Assembly: GCA_945870855.1 (NCBI GenBank)
Contig: CAMBTP010000011.1
Location: forward strand, 3,767 to 67,766
Length of the DNA stretch: 64,000 nucleotides
Source: Prosthecobacter debontii
GTDB lineage: Bacteria > Verrucomicrobiota > Verrucomicrobiia > Verrucomicrobiales > Akkermansiaceae
Direction: 5' to 3'
Position 1 is the first letter of the stretch. The number at the start of each line of letters is the position of its first letter. A program made the position numbers and the translations under genes. Positions 50,464 through 60,802 of this stretch are shown in pieces. The notes under the pieces are model-generated. The model was not told where the DNA came from. It did not search any database and saw nothing but the letters and a program-made list of their open reading frames with translations.

Positions 50464-53400
50464 TTATTTCCTGAAAACGCCCACAAAGCAGACCAAGGCA
50501 AATAAGAAAACCCCGGCGAATACCCACAGCGACGCGCCGGGTGGGGATTTCAAGTTGTCATACTTCGAATCCTTCGCGGCGGTGGATTTTTCTGTTACGG
50601 CAGGCAATTCCGGTTGGATAAGTTCTGCGGCAGTGAGTTGCGGTTTGCCCTCTTCGCTGCGCAGGGCGGTGACATCAGCGGCGGTTACGGCGGGGGCTTT
50701 GTTGCCGAAATTGAAGCGGACATGGGTAAGCACGGCGGCGATCTGCTCGTCGGTCTGATGGGCCATAGCCATCATTCCGGCGGGGAAATTGTATTCCTGC
50801 CCCTTCACCTTAATCGGGCCGATGAGGCCACGCAGTTGGATACGGATGAGGTTTTCCGCCGGGCCGTTGACCCACTCGGAACCCGCTAGCGGCGGGCCAG
50901 CGGCTGTGCCTTCTCCCTGCTGGCCGTGACAGGCTCCACAAAGCATGAATTGCTGCTGGCCGATTTTTGTGGTGTCGGGGGCGACGGTATTGCCTTCGGT
51001 TGCGATAGGAATCAAGAGCTGCACGGTGGGCTTTAGACTCGACTGCGGTTTTGCGCCGGGGAGTTTCGAGGGATCGACGATCTCCGGTTTCCTGACGGGC
51101 GTTTTTTCCGGCTCCTTGCTTAGTGAATTCAGCCACGCGACAAGATCCCGGATTTCTTCCGGTTTAATCAGATCGCCCATCGGTGGCATCGCGGAAACGG
51201 GAGGGGTGTAGGACTCGATATCGGCGCGCTTCACGCGGAGCAATTTCTCGGGAGTTGCGATGTCGAGATAATCGGGAGTTTCCTCTACGAGAGATCCTCC
51301 GAGTGTCGCGCTGTTTTTAAAAGTGATCGAGGTGATGCCGTAACCGGAGCTGACTACGGCACCGGGATTCACAATGGATTCCAGTAGGTATTTACGATCA
51401 TGGCGTTTCGAGATTCCAGCGAGGTTAGGACCGGCGTCTCCACCCGCGGAATGCGCTTTATCCTCCGCTTTGTGGCAACGCATGCATTGTCCGATGGGAT
51501 GTGAGCCAAATAGAGCCGCGCCTTTTACGGGATCGCCGCCTTGGAGGGAAATGTTGTATTTCGCAAGCGGATCTGAGTTCTCGGCCACCGCCTTGTCGTA
51601 AACTGCGAGCGCGGCGGCGACGGCGGGTTCTTTGCGGAATTTTGCTGTGGCGATGAGTTCGATGGCTCCCGGCGAGATGCCGTTTGCTTCTTTCAGTTTC
51701 ACAAGGCTGGCGGCGATGAAGGCGGCCGCGCCGTCTCCCGAAATACCGGCCAGTAAGCCCCACGCTTTTTGAACGCGGGAGGGGTTATCGGAACTTACGG
51801 CTGCCTCGACAGCGGCGAGGGCCGCCTGCGGATCTCGCTTTGCTAATTCCTCGAGCGCGGAGACGGCGAGTTCGTTGCAGGAATCCGTCGCGGCCTGCGC
51901 GAGCAGATCATTGAGCCCTTTGCCATCGCGGTGGATGTAGAGTGTGAGTGCTTTCGCGCGGGCATCGCCAGGAAGCTCGGCGTTGGTAACAATAAATTTT
52001 AGGGTGTCGTCATCGAGCGAAGTAATATTGATCTGGTGCTTGTCAATCAGCGTAAGTGCTCCCGCGAGGACGAAGGCATCCGACTTAAGCAAGACAGGCA
52101 GTGCTTTTTCAAGGGCGGGCTTGAGGGTTTCAAGCGGGCGAGCCTCGAGCGGACGCCAGTGGCCGCTGAGTTGATCAGCGGGGAAAGGTTTCTCCCAGAT
52201 ACCGATCAGCCGCAGAGCCTCCTCGCGGACTTCGGTGGGTAGCGACTTGTTCGCGGCGACCGCAAGGATGCGGGAAGCATTCTCCGCCGTGCCGACACGG
52301 TAGGCGTTGTGGATCAGGCGGCGCAGCATGAAGTCCGACCATTTGCGACTACCGAGATCATCAAGCAGTGCAGCGGCCAGCGGGCGCATGTCGGTCATGT
52401 CGATATCCTGAATCGCGCGGATCACCTCATCCTGAACTTTTGGGTCGGGATCTTTTATGAAACGTGCGACCTCGATACTTTTCAAACGACGCAGCGTGAC
52501 AACGGCAGCGAGTCGAACGGCGGGCGAGGGATCGGAGGATAGCATGCTGACTTGCTGCGCATTCGTGGACATGTGCTCCAGCGCATAGATTCCGGCATGG
52601 CGTAGAAATAGGTCGCGGTTGTTGTTTTTTCTTATGAAATCCAGCACAGCGGAGTAGTGACCCACCGCCTTGGTTTTTCCGATCGCTATACCTGCCGCGA
52701 AGCGGACGCGGGGTGATTCATCTGAGAGCATTACGCCGAACGGAATTGTGTCTCCGGAGAGCGGTCCCTCGGAGATGGATCGCAGAGCCTGGACGCGAAT
52801 TTCTGCATCAGGGTCTTTCAGTAGAGGGAGGATGGTATTGGCGGCGGCCTCGCGCAGACCTTTCTTCGGCAAGGTGCCAAAATCCCCTGAAGGTGATGGG
52901 ACGGAGCCGCGGCGGGCAATGATTCCGAGACCCCAGAGGCCGTGGATGCGCTCGATTTGGTTCTCGGATTCCGTGGCTTTTTTGAAAACTGTAATGGCAT
53001 CCGCCTTGCGGGTTAACGCGACCTGGGCGCGTAGGCGGACGCGGGAATCGGGGTGGGAGAGGAGTTTCGCGAGTTCGGCGGATTCGCGTTTGTCGAAGCC
53101 CTCTGAGATGAGTTTCGCGGCCTGTTTCGTTTCATCTGGAAGATAGATGTTGTCGCCCGCGCTGATAGAAAGCAGGCGGCCTTCGTCGTGGGATTGCCAG
53201 CCGGTGACAAAATCGGTGACGAATACGCGACCGTCGAAGGAATACTCCACGTCGGTAGCGGCGATTCCCCAGTTGAACTGGCGGGCATCGGACATTTTCA
53301 TGCCGGCGCCGTCGGGTTCCATTTCGAAAGACCAGATGCCGGAGTTGGCTGCGCCGCCTTTGTAATCGCAGATCAGGAAGCGGCCTTTCTCACTTTCGAG

Positions 53401-54978
53401 GAAACCGGTGCCGGGATGGTAGGTGAGGCCGGATGGGCCGGAGCTAAGGTGGGCGGAGGGCGGCAGGATGTAGGCGGGCTGCTCATCGTTGCGCATTTCC
53501 CAAATCCGTTCGTTCATCCAGCGGCTCGGTGGGCGTTTCTCAAGGCCGATGTTGCGGTGGAAGGTATGCATCGCCTGATGCTCCATCTGCCAGCCGGTAT
53601 CGCCGCCCTCGACGAGATAGACGATGCGCGCCTTGTCGCCTTGGTCGGAATTATTATCCACGCTGAAAGCATCGCCAAGTTCATCGAAGGCGATCTCCTT
53701 AGGGTTGCGCAGGCCGGTGTGGAAGACCTCGAAGCCCGTGCCATCTGGCTCGAAGCGAAAGGCCGCGCCCTCATTTGGGCAGCGGTATTCCTTACCATCC
53801 TTGGTGATCATAGAGTAGCCACGGTCACCGATTGTGCCATAAATACGCCCGTCTGGGCCGAGGGTGAAGCCGTTGAGATCATGGCCGGAAAGTGAAATCC
53901 GCACGCCGAAGCCTTCTTCCAAGATCTTTTTTTCATCCGCCACTCCATCGTTATCTGTGTCGCGCAGCTTGTAGATCTTAGGAATGCAGGCGAAATAGAG
54001 TGAGCCATCGTAGAAAAACACGCCGGCACCCGTGCCATCGAGCACGTCATTGTAGCCATCGGAGAAGACGTTGACTTTGTCGAAGGAACCATCGCCATCA
54101 CTGTCAGCAAAGCGGCGGATTACCTCGGATTTTTCCGTCATGAATTTCTTGGAAACTTTTTCATACCACTTTTCATGGAGCTTGAGCCGGTCATCCGTAG
54201 TCTTCGCAGCGAGGTCATCGAGATACCAGTAAAGGCTGTTGCGGTCGTCCTCAATGCCGTGGCGGAAACGGTGGGTCTCGGCGACATAGACGTTGCCCTG
54301 CTCGTCGAAGGTGAGCGCGGTTGGGGATTTGATTCCTTGGTTCTTGAAATCCGCCTCCACCTTCAGCGTGGAGCCGTCAGGAATGGTGGCACCGGCCAGA
54401 GCGGGAGTGGAGACAAGTCCCTCCACAAACGGCTTCCCGTCCTTCGTGGAGGAAGGAAATTTATCGTTTGCATAATCGGTGAATACCACGTGATCCAGGG
54501 CAATGAAGCCCCAGTCGCCCTTGTCCTCATCCACCGCCCGCAGGCGTGCTTTTTTCCCCATGAGAGCCGTCACGTCGAATAGGTTGGGCACCATGATCGG
54601 GCTGCGTTTCCCCGTCGCCTCCTTCGCCACCGTGCCATCCACGATGAGCTGGACGGAGGTTTTACCCAGCTTGTCACCGCCCGCGATTAGGAACGCGATG
54701 TAGGGCTCGGTAATCGTGAACTCCGGCGAGGTCAGCGTCCCGGTAGCGTCCATCCCGCCGTGGGCAGAAAGCGTGAAAGCATCGTTGGCATAGGTCTTGA
54801 GTTCCATCTTCATCCCGTCGAGCTTACCGTGGACAGGTGAAAGTCCGAAGGCCGTGCCGGTCGCCTGCCAATCATCAAAACCATCCCCTTCGAAGGCTTG
54901 GAAAGTAGCAGATCGAGCGGTGGCTGGGGCGATGGTCAGCAGGAGTGCGGCGGCGAGTATGGTGCACGTATGTTTCAT
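50464..54978 (-). CDS. PVC-type heme-binding CxxCH membrane-bound dehydrogenase-like protein
   Basis: Signal peptide, N-terminal beta-sandwich, glucose/sorbosone-dehydrogenase-like propeller (GLRNP), HEAT repeats, CMRCH and CGACH heme motifs, C-terminal TM. Confidence 0.9.
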   Translation of the reverse strand: MKHTCTILAAALLLTIAPATARSATFQAFEGDGFDDWQATGTAFGLSPVHGKLDGMKMELKTYANDAFTLSAHGGMDATGTLTSPEFTITEPYIAFLIAGGDKLGKTSVQLIVDGTVAKEATGKRSPIMVPNLFDVTALMGKKARLRAVDEDKGDWGFIALDHVVFTDYANDKFPSSTKDGKPFVEGLVSTPALAGATIPDGSTLKVEADFKNQGIKSPTALTFDEQGNVYVAETHRFRHGIEDDRNSLYWYLDDLAAKTTDDRLKLHEKWYEKVSKKFMTEKSEVIRRFADSDGDGSFDKVNVFSDGYNDVLDGTGAGVFFYDGSLYFACIPKIYKLRDTDNDGVADEKKILEEGFGVRISLSGHDLNGFTLGPDGRIYGTIGDRGYSMITKDGKEYRCPNEGAAFRFEPDGTGFEVFHTGLRNPKEIAFDELGDAFSVDNNSDQGDKARIVYLVEGGDTGWQMEHQAMHTFHRNIGLEKRPPSRWMNERIWEMRNDEQPAYILPPSAHLSSGPSGLTYHPGTGFLESEKGRFLICDYKGGAANSGIWSFEMEPDGAGMKMSDARQFNWGIAATDVEYSFDGRVFVTDFVTGWQSHDEGRLLSISAGDNIYLPDETKQAAKLISEGFDKRESAELAKLLSHPDSRVRLRAQVALTRKADAITVFKKATESENQIERIHGLWGLGIIARRGSVPSPSGDFGTLPKKGLREAAANTILPLLKDPDAEIRVQALRSISEGPLSGDTIPFGVMLSDESPRVRFAAGIAIGKTKAVGHYSAVLDFIRKNNNRDLFLRHAGIYALEHMSTNAQQVSMLSSDPSPAVRLAAVVTLRRLKSIEVARFIKDPDPKVQDEVIRAIQDIDMTDMRPLAAALLDDLGSRKWSDFMLRRLIHNAYRVGTAENASRILAVAANKSLPTEVREEALRLIGIWEKPFPADQLSGHWRPLEARPLETLKPALEKALPVLLKSDAFVLAGALTLIDKHQINITSLDDDTLKFIVTNAELPGDARAKALTLYIHRDGKGLNDLLAQAATDSCNELAVSALEELAKRDPQAALAAVEAAVSSDNPSRVQKAWGLLAGISGDGAAAFIAASLVKLKEANGISPGAIELIATAKFRKEPAVAAALAVYDKAVAENSDPLAKYNISLQGGDPVKGAALFGSHPIGQCMRCHKAEDKAHSAGGDAGPNLAGISKRHDRKYLLESIVNPGAVVSSGYGITSITFKNSATLGGSLVEETPDYLDIATPEKLLRVKRADIESYTPPVSAMPPMGDLIKPEEIRDLVAWLNSLSKEPEKTPVRKPEIVDPSKLPGAKPQSSLKPTVQLLIPIATEGNTVAPDTTKIGQQQFMLCGACHGQQGEGTAAGPPLAGSEWVNGPAENLIRIQLRGLIGPIKVKGQEYNFPAGMMAMAHQTDEQIAAVLTHVRFNFGNKAPAVTAADVTALRSEEGKPQLTAAELIQPELPAVTEKSTAAKDSKYDNLKSPPGASLWVFAGVFLFALVCFVGVFRK

Positions 54979-55079
54979 ATGATTCGAGAAATGCCCTAAG
55001 CAGACATCAGGAAGCGATTATATAGGCGCGATTGACCACCTTGCCAAACGGAAATCCTCAGCGCGTTGGCGCGCGTAGC

Positions 55080-55529
55080 TCACTTTGGAATCGTGAGCAC
55101 CTGTCCGGGGCGGATCAGATCTCCAGAAATTCTGTTCGCGCGGCGGAGGGCGCTAAGACCAATACCATGCCTGCTCGCGATACGGCTGAGGCTGTCACCT
55201 TTTTTAACGATGTATCTAACAGATTTTGGTTTGGCGACTACTGGCTTGGGCTTGGGTTTCGGCGCGGAAACGGCAGGCGTGGGACGCGTCTCAACCATGG
55301 CGATCTGAGGAGGAGCGGGATATCTTGGCGCGGTGGTGGGCTTGGGTCGGTCCGATGGAGCCGATGGACGATGCCATTTCTCAGGACTGTCCGCCCATTC
55401 CTCGACGTAATTTCCACGGCTGTCAAAGGGGCCAGTGACCGCGTTCGAGGTAGGCGTATAATACGTGCCGCACTGGGTGAGTAACGGAAGAAATAGAAGT
55501 GTAACCGTTATCCGAGAATGGAATGACAT
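55080..55529 (-). CDS. LysM-domain lipoprotein
   Basis: Lipobox-like LLTQC, Pro-rich linker, C-terminal YIVKKGDSLSRIA..HG.....L...N.....LIRPGQVLTIP. Start placed at 55529. Confidence 0.9.
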   Translation of the reverse strand: MSFHSRITVTLLFLPLLTQCGTYYTPTSNAVTGPFDSRGNYVEEWADSPEKWHRPSAPSDRPKPTTAPRYPAPPQIAMVETRPTPAVSAPKPKPKPVVAKPKSVRYIVKKGDSLSRIASRHGIGLSALRRANRISGDLIRPGQVLTIPK

Positions 55530-55621
55530 CGAGAAAACCGTGAAGGATTTATTCAGATATGCAAAGCAATGTTGATAATTCAGGAAAAAAATCATGACTT
55601 GCAGGGCGTTGCAAGCTAGAG

Positions 55622-56362
55622 ATGGGAATGGTCGGAATTGTGTTGGGATCGGGGTTGGGCGTTTTGGCGGAAGAGGTGGACATCACAAATGAGGTCGATT
55701 TTACGGAGGCGGGGCTGGCAGTTTCCACTGTTCCGGGACATGCGGGAAAATTCCTTTTTGGGAAACTCGGCGGCACGGATGTCTGCCTGATGAAAGGCCG
55801 CGTTCACCTCTACGAAGGTCATGGCGCGGAGGCGGTTACGGCTGGAGTGCGTTGGATGGCCGAGCATGGCGTGAGTTCGCTTGTCCTGACCAACGCGGCA
55901 GGCAGCGTGAACCGTGATTTCACCCCCGGCGAATGGATGATGCTTTCCGACCATCTCAACCTCACCGGCGCAAGCCCGCTATCGGGAGCGTCCTTCATCG
56001 ACATGAGTGTTGCTTATGACGCGGCGTGGCGCGCGGATTTCAGAAAAGTGGCTAAGGGCCAGGGCATGAAACTCAACGAAGGGATCTATGCCGGTTTGCG
56101 CGGCCCGCAGTATGAAACTCCTGCGGAAATACGGATGCTGCGAACAGTGGGCGCGGATGCGGTCGGTATGAGCACCGTTCTCGAAGCCATCCAAGCCCGG
56201 GCGCTCGGGCTACGCGTCGTCGGTTTTTCCTGTCTTACAAACTGGGCGGCCGGGATGCAGGAAAACCTCAACCACGAAGAGGTGCTGGAAACTGGTAAAT
56301 CCGCCGCCCGAGTTATGGCCAGATTGCTCAAGGAGGTCATCGCGGCGCGTGAGGCTCCGTGA
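55622..56362 (+). CDS. punA: Purine-nucleoside phosphorylase (trimeric type)
   Basis: IVLGSGLG, STVPGHAG, GRVHLYEG, TNAAG, GPQYETPAE, GADAVGMSTV, TNWAAG, HEEV. Confidence 0.93.
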   Translation: MGMVGIVLGSGLGVLAEEVDITNEVDFTEAGLAVSTVPGHAGKFLFGKLGGTDVCLMKGRVHLYEGHGAEAVTAGVRWMAEHGVSSLVLTNAAGSVNRDFTPGEWMMLSDHLNLTGASPLSGASFIDMSVAYDAAWRADFRKVAKGQGMKLNEGIYAGLRGPQYETPAEIRMLRTVGADAVGMSTVLEAIQARALGLRVVGFSCLTNWAAGMQENLNHEEVLETGKSAARVMARLLKEVIAAREAP

Positions 56363-56490
56363 GTAACGCGTGCCCATTCGCATTCGCGTTACACCGCAGA
56401 CCTAAGATGAATCATTATTTCAAAACCCGGAGAAAATCTCCCAAACTATCCTCTCGCATCCCAAGGATTTTTGTTTTAGTTTGAAACGCT

Positions 56491-57012
56491 ATGAAAACAT
56501 TCATTGTCATCGCCGCATTGGCTGCTTCCGCCCAGATCGCCCTAGCACAAACCGCCGCCGAGAAGGCGGAAGAGTATTATCGTAAAGGTCTCGCTGCCGA
56601 GAAGGCGGGAGATCCCACCACTGCGAGTGCCGCCTACCACGCAGCAATCCGGTTAGAGCCCGGCCACGTCAACGCCCGCTATCGCTCCGGACAAGTGAAA
56701 ATCGATGCCGGCGCCATTAGAGCATCTGCAGTCGAAACAAAAATCGGCAGCGTCAAAATCCCTATTTACCGCATCGAGGAGGCTTCCGTCAATGAGGCCA
56801 TCGCCGCGCTCGGCATTGCAATCGAGAAGGCGAGCAACGAGGAGGTTACTCCGAATTTTGTTATCCAAGATCCTAAAGGCAAACTCGCAGACAAGCGGAT
56901 CACCATGCAGCTGAAAAACGTCCCTGCGAAGGCGATCCTCGAGTATATTCACAGCCAGGCAAACACCCAGGCTCGCTACGATGAGCACGCGGTGGTCATC
57001 ATCGCGCGTTAA
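56491..57012 (+). CDS. Secreted protein with a TPR motif and a secretin/TonB N0 (STN)-like domain
   Basis: Signal peptide, TPR AEEYYRKG...AYHAAIRLEPGH, then ASVNEAI...ITMQLKNVPAKAILEYI. Confidence 0.65.
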   Translation: MKTFIVIAALAASAQIALAQTAAEKAEEYYRKGLAAEKAGDPTTASAAYHAAIRLEPGHVNARYRSGQVKIDAGAIRASAVETKIGSVKIPIYRIEEASVNEAIAALGIAIEKASNEEVTPNFVIQDPKGKLADKRITMQLKNVPAKAILEYIHSQANTQARYDEHAVVIIAR

Positions 57013-57029
57013 ATTTGATCCGCGGTCAC

Positions 57030-57070
57030 AAAAAAAGCCGCCAATCCTTTTGGATAGGCGGCTTTAAAAA
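57030..57070. terminator. Bidirectional rho-independent terminator
   Basis: A-tract, aaagccgcc...ggcggcttt stem, between convergent genes. Confidence 0.8.
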
Positions 57071-57081
57071 TTAAAGGCGGG

Positions 57082-57528
57082 TTATTTTGCCTTCACGGTC
57101 ATGACACCCTGCATGATCGCAAAATGGCCGGGGAAAGTGCAGATGAACGGATATTCACCTGCCGCCGGGGCGGTGAAGGTGATCTCATCGGACTCGCCAC
57201 CACCGAGCATTTTTGTGTGTGAGACCATTTCCTTTTTCGATTCCTCATCCTGCGGGATGTATCCCGTGTCCTTGGCTGGTGCGCACTTCGTTGCAAAAGC
57301 GGGCACCGCAGTCCCTGCCTGCAGAATCACGAAATTGTGACCCATGGCGATGGCGGGAAGCTGGCCGATGTGTTTGAACGAAACCACCACCTTCTGGCCT
57401 TCGGTCACCTCGAACGCCTTTATGTTGTATTGCATCTGGTCGTTGCCGGTGATCTCGATCTTTGCGTCCTGCGCAGATGCTTGGAAAATGAGGACGGAGG
57501 ATAGTAATGTGATTGCTAGTTTCTTCAT
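57082..57528 (-). CDS. Azurin/plastocyanin-family blue copper protein
   Basis: GNDQMQY, MGHNFV, and type-1 Cu ligands CTFPGHFAIM. Confidence 0.92.
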   Translation of the reverse strand: MKKLAITLLSSVLIFQASAQDAKIEITGNDQMQYNIKAFEVTEGQKVVVSFKHIGQLPAIAMGHNFVILQAGTAVPAFATKCAPAKDTGYIPQDEESKKEMVSHTKMLGGGESDEITFTAPAAGEYPFICTFPGHFAIMQGVMTVKAK

Positions 57529-57627
57529 AGATGTTTTGAATTACGGCGATAAAATGAACTACTTTTCATCAAATCGCAACCCCTCTAGATCAGAATTTAC
57601 GAATAGGTAGGGATTTCCGCTCGCTAG

Positions 57628-58071
<444 letters not shown>

Positions 58072-58263
58072 GCGATCTCAAACCAACCTTCTAACCGCCA
58101 TCTCCGGAAACGGAATGGCGGTTTTATTGTGGGGTGAAGCCGGGTGCGAAACCGGGGTCAGACGAGCCCCATATTTCTGCCGAACTCAAAGGAAGAATCA
58201 TAGCCAGCGGCATCGAGTCCGCTTAACGCATCACAAACCCAAGCGATCGGTTGGAAGAACCTC

Positions 58264-58860
58264 TCAGCCCCCTCTACGAAACTGCTGGATACCATCTGCG
58301 ATACCACGGGCGATTGCATCGCGGAACCAAGCGGTCTTCATGCGGCTGCGCTCGTTGGAATTACTCACAAAACCGCCTTCGACCAAGATTGAAGGAATAT
58401 TCGTATTCCGAATCACATAGTAGCGAGCATATTTGACCTTGCGATCCACCACCTTCACACGGCTTATCACGCCGCGATGAACGTCTTGTGCGAGCTTCAG
58501 GCTCTGCCGGCTGTGGTAGAAAGTTTCAATGCCACTGACCTGCTGCTTCCAAGTGTAGTTGTAGTGAATGCTGATGAAAATCGCGCTCCTGTATTTATTC
58601 GCCATGCTCATCCTGCCTGGCAGGGAGACGAAGTAATCACTGCGACGTGTGAGAACCGTATTGTAACCCATTTTCTTCAGGTGCGACTCCAAACGGATTG
58701 AGGTATCCAGCGCGAGATGCTTCTCATAGACGCGCCCCCATTGCCCTCCTTTGTCGTGGCCGCCGTGGCCGGGATCAATGATTACGGTGCGGAAACTGTA
58801 GGCGTTGGCTAGTGCGGAAAGACCTAGTCCGAGCAAAAGATTGAGAATCAACTTCTTCAT
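58264..58860 (-). CDS. N-acetylmuramoyl-L-alanine amidase (Amidase_3)
   Basis: IIDPGHGGHD, EK, FISIHYN, PSILVEGGF. Confidence 0.93.
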   Translation of the reverse strand: MKKLILNLLLGLGLSALANAYSFRTVIIDPGHGGHDKGGQWGRVYEKHLALDTSIRLESHLKKMGYNTVLTRRSDYFVSLPGRMSMANKYRSAIFISIHYNYTWKQQVSGIETFYHSRQSLKLAQDVHRGVISRVKVVDRKVKYARYYVIRNTNIPSILVEGGFVSNSNERSRMKTAWFRDAIARGIADGIQQFRRGG

Positions 58861-58959
58861 GATTGATTTAGTTTCGAAGATTATTAACCGTTATTAACAA
58901 AATTTTGCAGGATCTGTAAAGCGAAAATTCTCATATTTTGCGATTTCAATGCATGATTC

Positions 58960-59832
58960 CTACTCTTGAGGAATGGCGGGGCGATCCGTAGCTTTGCGAA
59001 TTTTGGATTTTTCCGCCTCTACGACCTTCGGATCATATAAATTGCTGTTCATCACACGGACGGAGCCATCACCGTAAGCCATCAGCACAGGATCCCCTTG
59101 GGCAGAGCGCTGATGGAGATCCCTTCCGACCAGTTTGCCGTCTGCGCTGACTTGGCAATGCACCCACATCGAGGGCGTGCTGAGAAACATCACATGCATA
59201 CGCTGCTTCCCGTCCAACGTGACCATTGGCTTCCGTAGCAAAAGCACCTCGCCCAGCGAAAATGTAGTGATTGAAATTCCAGTGCGACCATCGATTACTT
59301 TTGTGTAAAGCTGGGTTTTTTGGCCGTCGGAAAAAGTCATCAGCTTTACTTCCCGAGTATGGTTGCTGGCATTATTGCTTACGCCGATTTTCTGTGACCA
59401 ATACAGCTTTCCCGGGTTCAGGTTGAACAGAATACGATTCGTAGATGAACTCTGAACGGCAGCAGTGGGATCCCTTACTACCGCTGAAGCCGCAAAATTC
59501 CCCTGATTGTCCAAAAGGAAGTATTCGGTGAGATCCACGCGTTTCGCAAGTGACTCGCCCGCCTTGATTTTCATGGCGCCGAAAACGTTGAGCTTGCGGG
59601 TGGGAACAGGATTCCCCTTGGTGTTCGTGACAACGAAAGACAACCATGGAAGGGCGCGGGTGGAAGCTAGGGTCAATTCGCGGCCGCTATTATTTGTGAC
59701 GATGATTTCAGCGATGACCGACTCACCGGCCAAGTAGGTCTTCTTGTTCATGCTTAGCGAAGTCGCAAGCTGCGCCCGTAAATCCGCCATCGGGCAAAGA
59801 AAAACCGCAGATAAGAGAAGGAATCGGATCAT
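58960..59832 (-). CDS. Conserved hypothetical secreted protein
   Basis: Signal peptide MIRFLLLSAVFLCPMADLRA and a beta-rich mature region. Start placed at 59832. Confidence 0.7.
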   Translation of the reverse strand: MIRFLLLSAVFLCPMADLRAQLATSLSMNKKTYLAGESVIAEIIVTNNSGRELTLASTRALPWLSFVVTNTKGNPVPTRKLNVFGAMKIKAGESLAKRVDLTEYFLLDNQGNFAASAVVRDPTAAVQSSSTNRILFNLNPGKLYWSQKIGVSNNASNHTREVKLMTFSDGQKTQLYTKVIDGRTGISITTFSLGEVLLLRKPMVTLDGKQRMHVMFLSTPSMWVHCQVSADGKLVGRDLHQRSAQGDPVLMAYGDGSVRVMNSNLYDPKVVEAEKSKIRKATDRPAIPQE

Positions 59833-59904
59833 GTAACCGAACCATAGCGTCACTGGACGGCCAGTCAATCTAACGAAATGGTATTTCCGCTCTGATTTAG
59901 AAAA

Positions 59905-60696
59905 TCATTTTTCCTTATCGCGCTCGCCGAGCGGACGCACCCAGATGTTGCGGTATTCTACGGGGTCGCCGTGGAACTGAAGGCGTAGCGGGCCGGTCTC
60001 CGGATGCTTGGCGGGATATGTGGCGAGAGACTTGTGAGTGGTAGTGCCGATTAAAGACTCGCCGTTCTGAACAACCACACCATTATGGATCACCGTCACT
60101 TTGGCAGGCATAATCACTTTTTCACCTTCGTAAACGGGCGGGGTGAAGGTGATGTCGTAACTGTTCCATTCGCCTTGAGGCGAGGTTGCGTTCACGAGCG
60201 GGGGTAATTGGCCGTAAAGCGCTGTGGCCTGGCCATCCGGGTAAGTGGGGTTTGTGTGACTCTGGAGAACCTGAACCTCATAGAGTTCCATTAGGAAAAT
60301 TCCACTATTCCCGCCGCTTTGTCCGTTGACCTTTCTTCCCGCCGGAAGCCTCCACTCGAAGTGGAGCTGGATAGCTCCGAATTTATCTTTAGTGCGGATA
60401 TCCGTGCCCTTGGCGACCATTACGCCATCTCGCACCTCCCATGGGGATTTCTTGCCATTGACCGCAACCCAAGCGTCACCGTTGCTTCCGTCAAAAAGAA
60501 CGACTGCATCGGAAGGCGATTTCACTACCACAGCTCCACCGCTCTCGACTACCCTCGGTTGTGGGCGCTCGCCATCGTGGACATGAAATGGCGTCCCGGG
60601 GATGATCGGAGTATCCTGATATCCGGCTACCTGTGCTGAAAGATTTGCAGCTCCGATCATCGATCCGGCTGCGATGAGAATAAGTTTTGTTTTCAT
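59905..60696 (-). CDS. DUF1080 (3-keto-disaccharide hydrolase family) protein
   Basis: Signal, VLFDG, LHFEW, GNSGIF, EVQV, EWNSYDI, LRLQFHGDPVEYRNIWV. Confidence 0.9.
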   Translation of the reverse strand: MKTKLILIAAGSMIGAANLSAQVAGYQDTPIIPGTPFHVHDGERPQPRVVESGGAVVVKSPSDAVVLFDGSNGDAWVAVNGKKSPWEVRDGVMVAKGTDIRTKDKFGAIQLHFEWRLPAGRKVNGQSGGNSGIFLMELYEVQVLQSHTNPTYPDGQATALYGQLPPLVNATSPQGEWNSYDITFTPPVYEGEKVIMPAKVTVIHNGVVVQNGESLIGTTTHKSLATYPAKHPETGPLRLQFHGDPVEYRNIWVRPLGERDKEK

Positions 60697-60802
60697 GACA
60701 GGACAGAAACGTATTCACATCGGAGGTCTTTCAAGTCATTTCGCCAAAGCATGCCGAATGCGGGTTGCCGCTGCGCCTTATCCGTGGATATTCTCGGCAG
60801 CC

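Noticed and set aside
58147-58165. ggggtcagacgagcccc hairpin after glnB as another REP
   Set aside because: Single weak stem with no second copy in the window; could be a plain terminator fragment.
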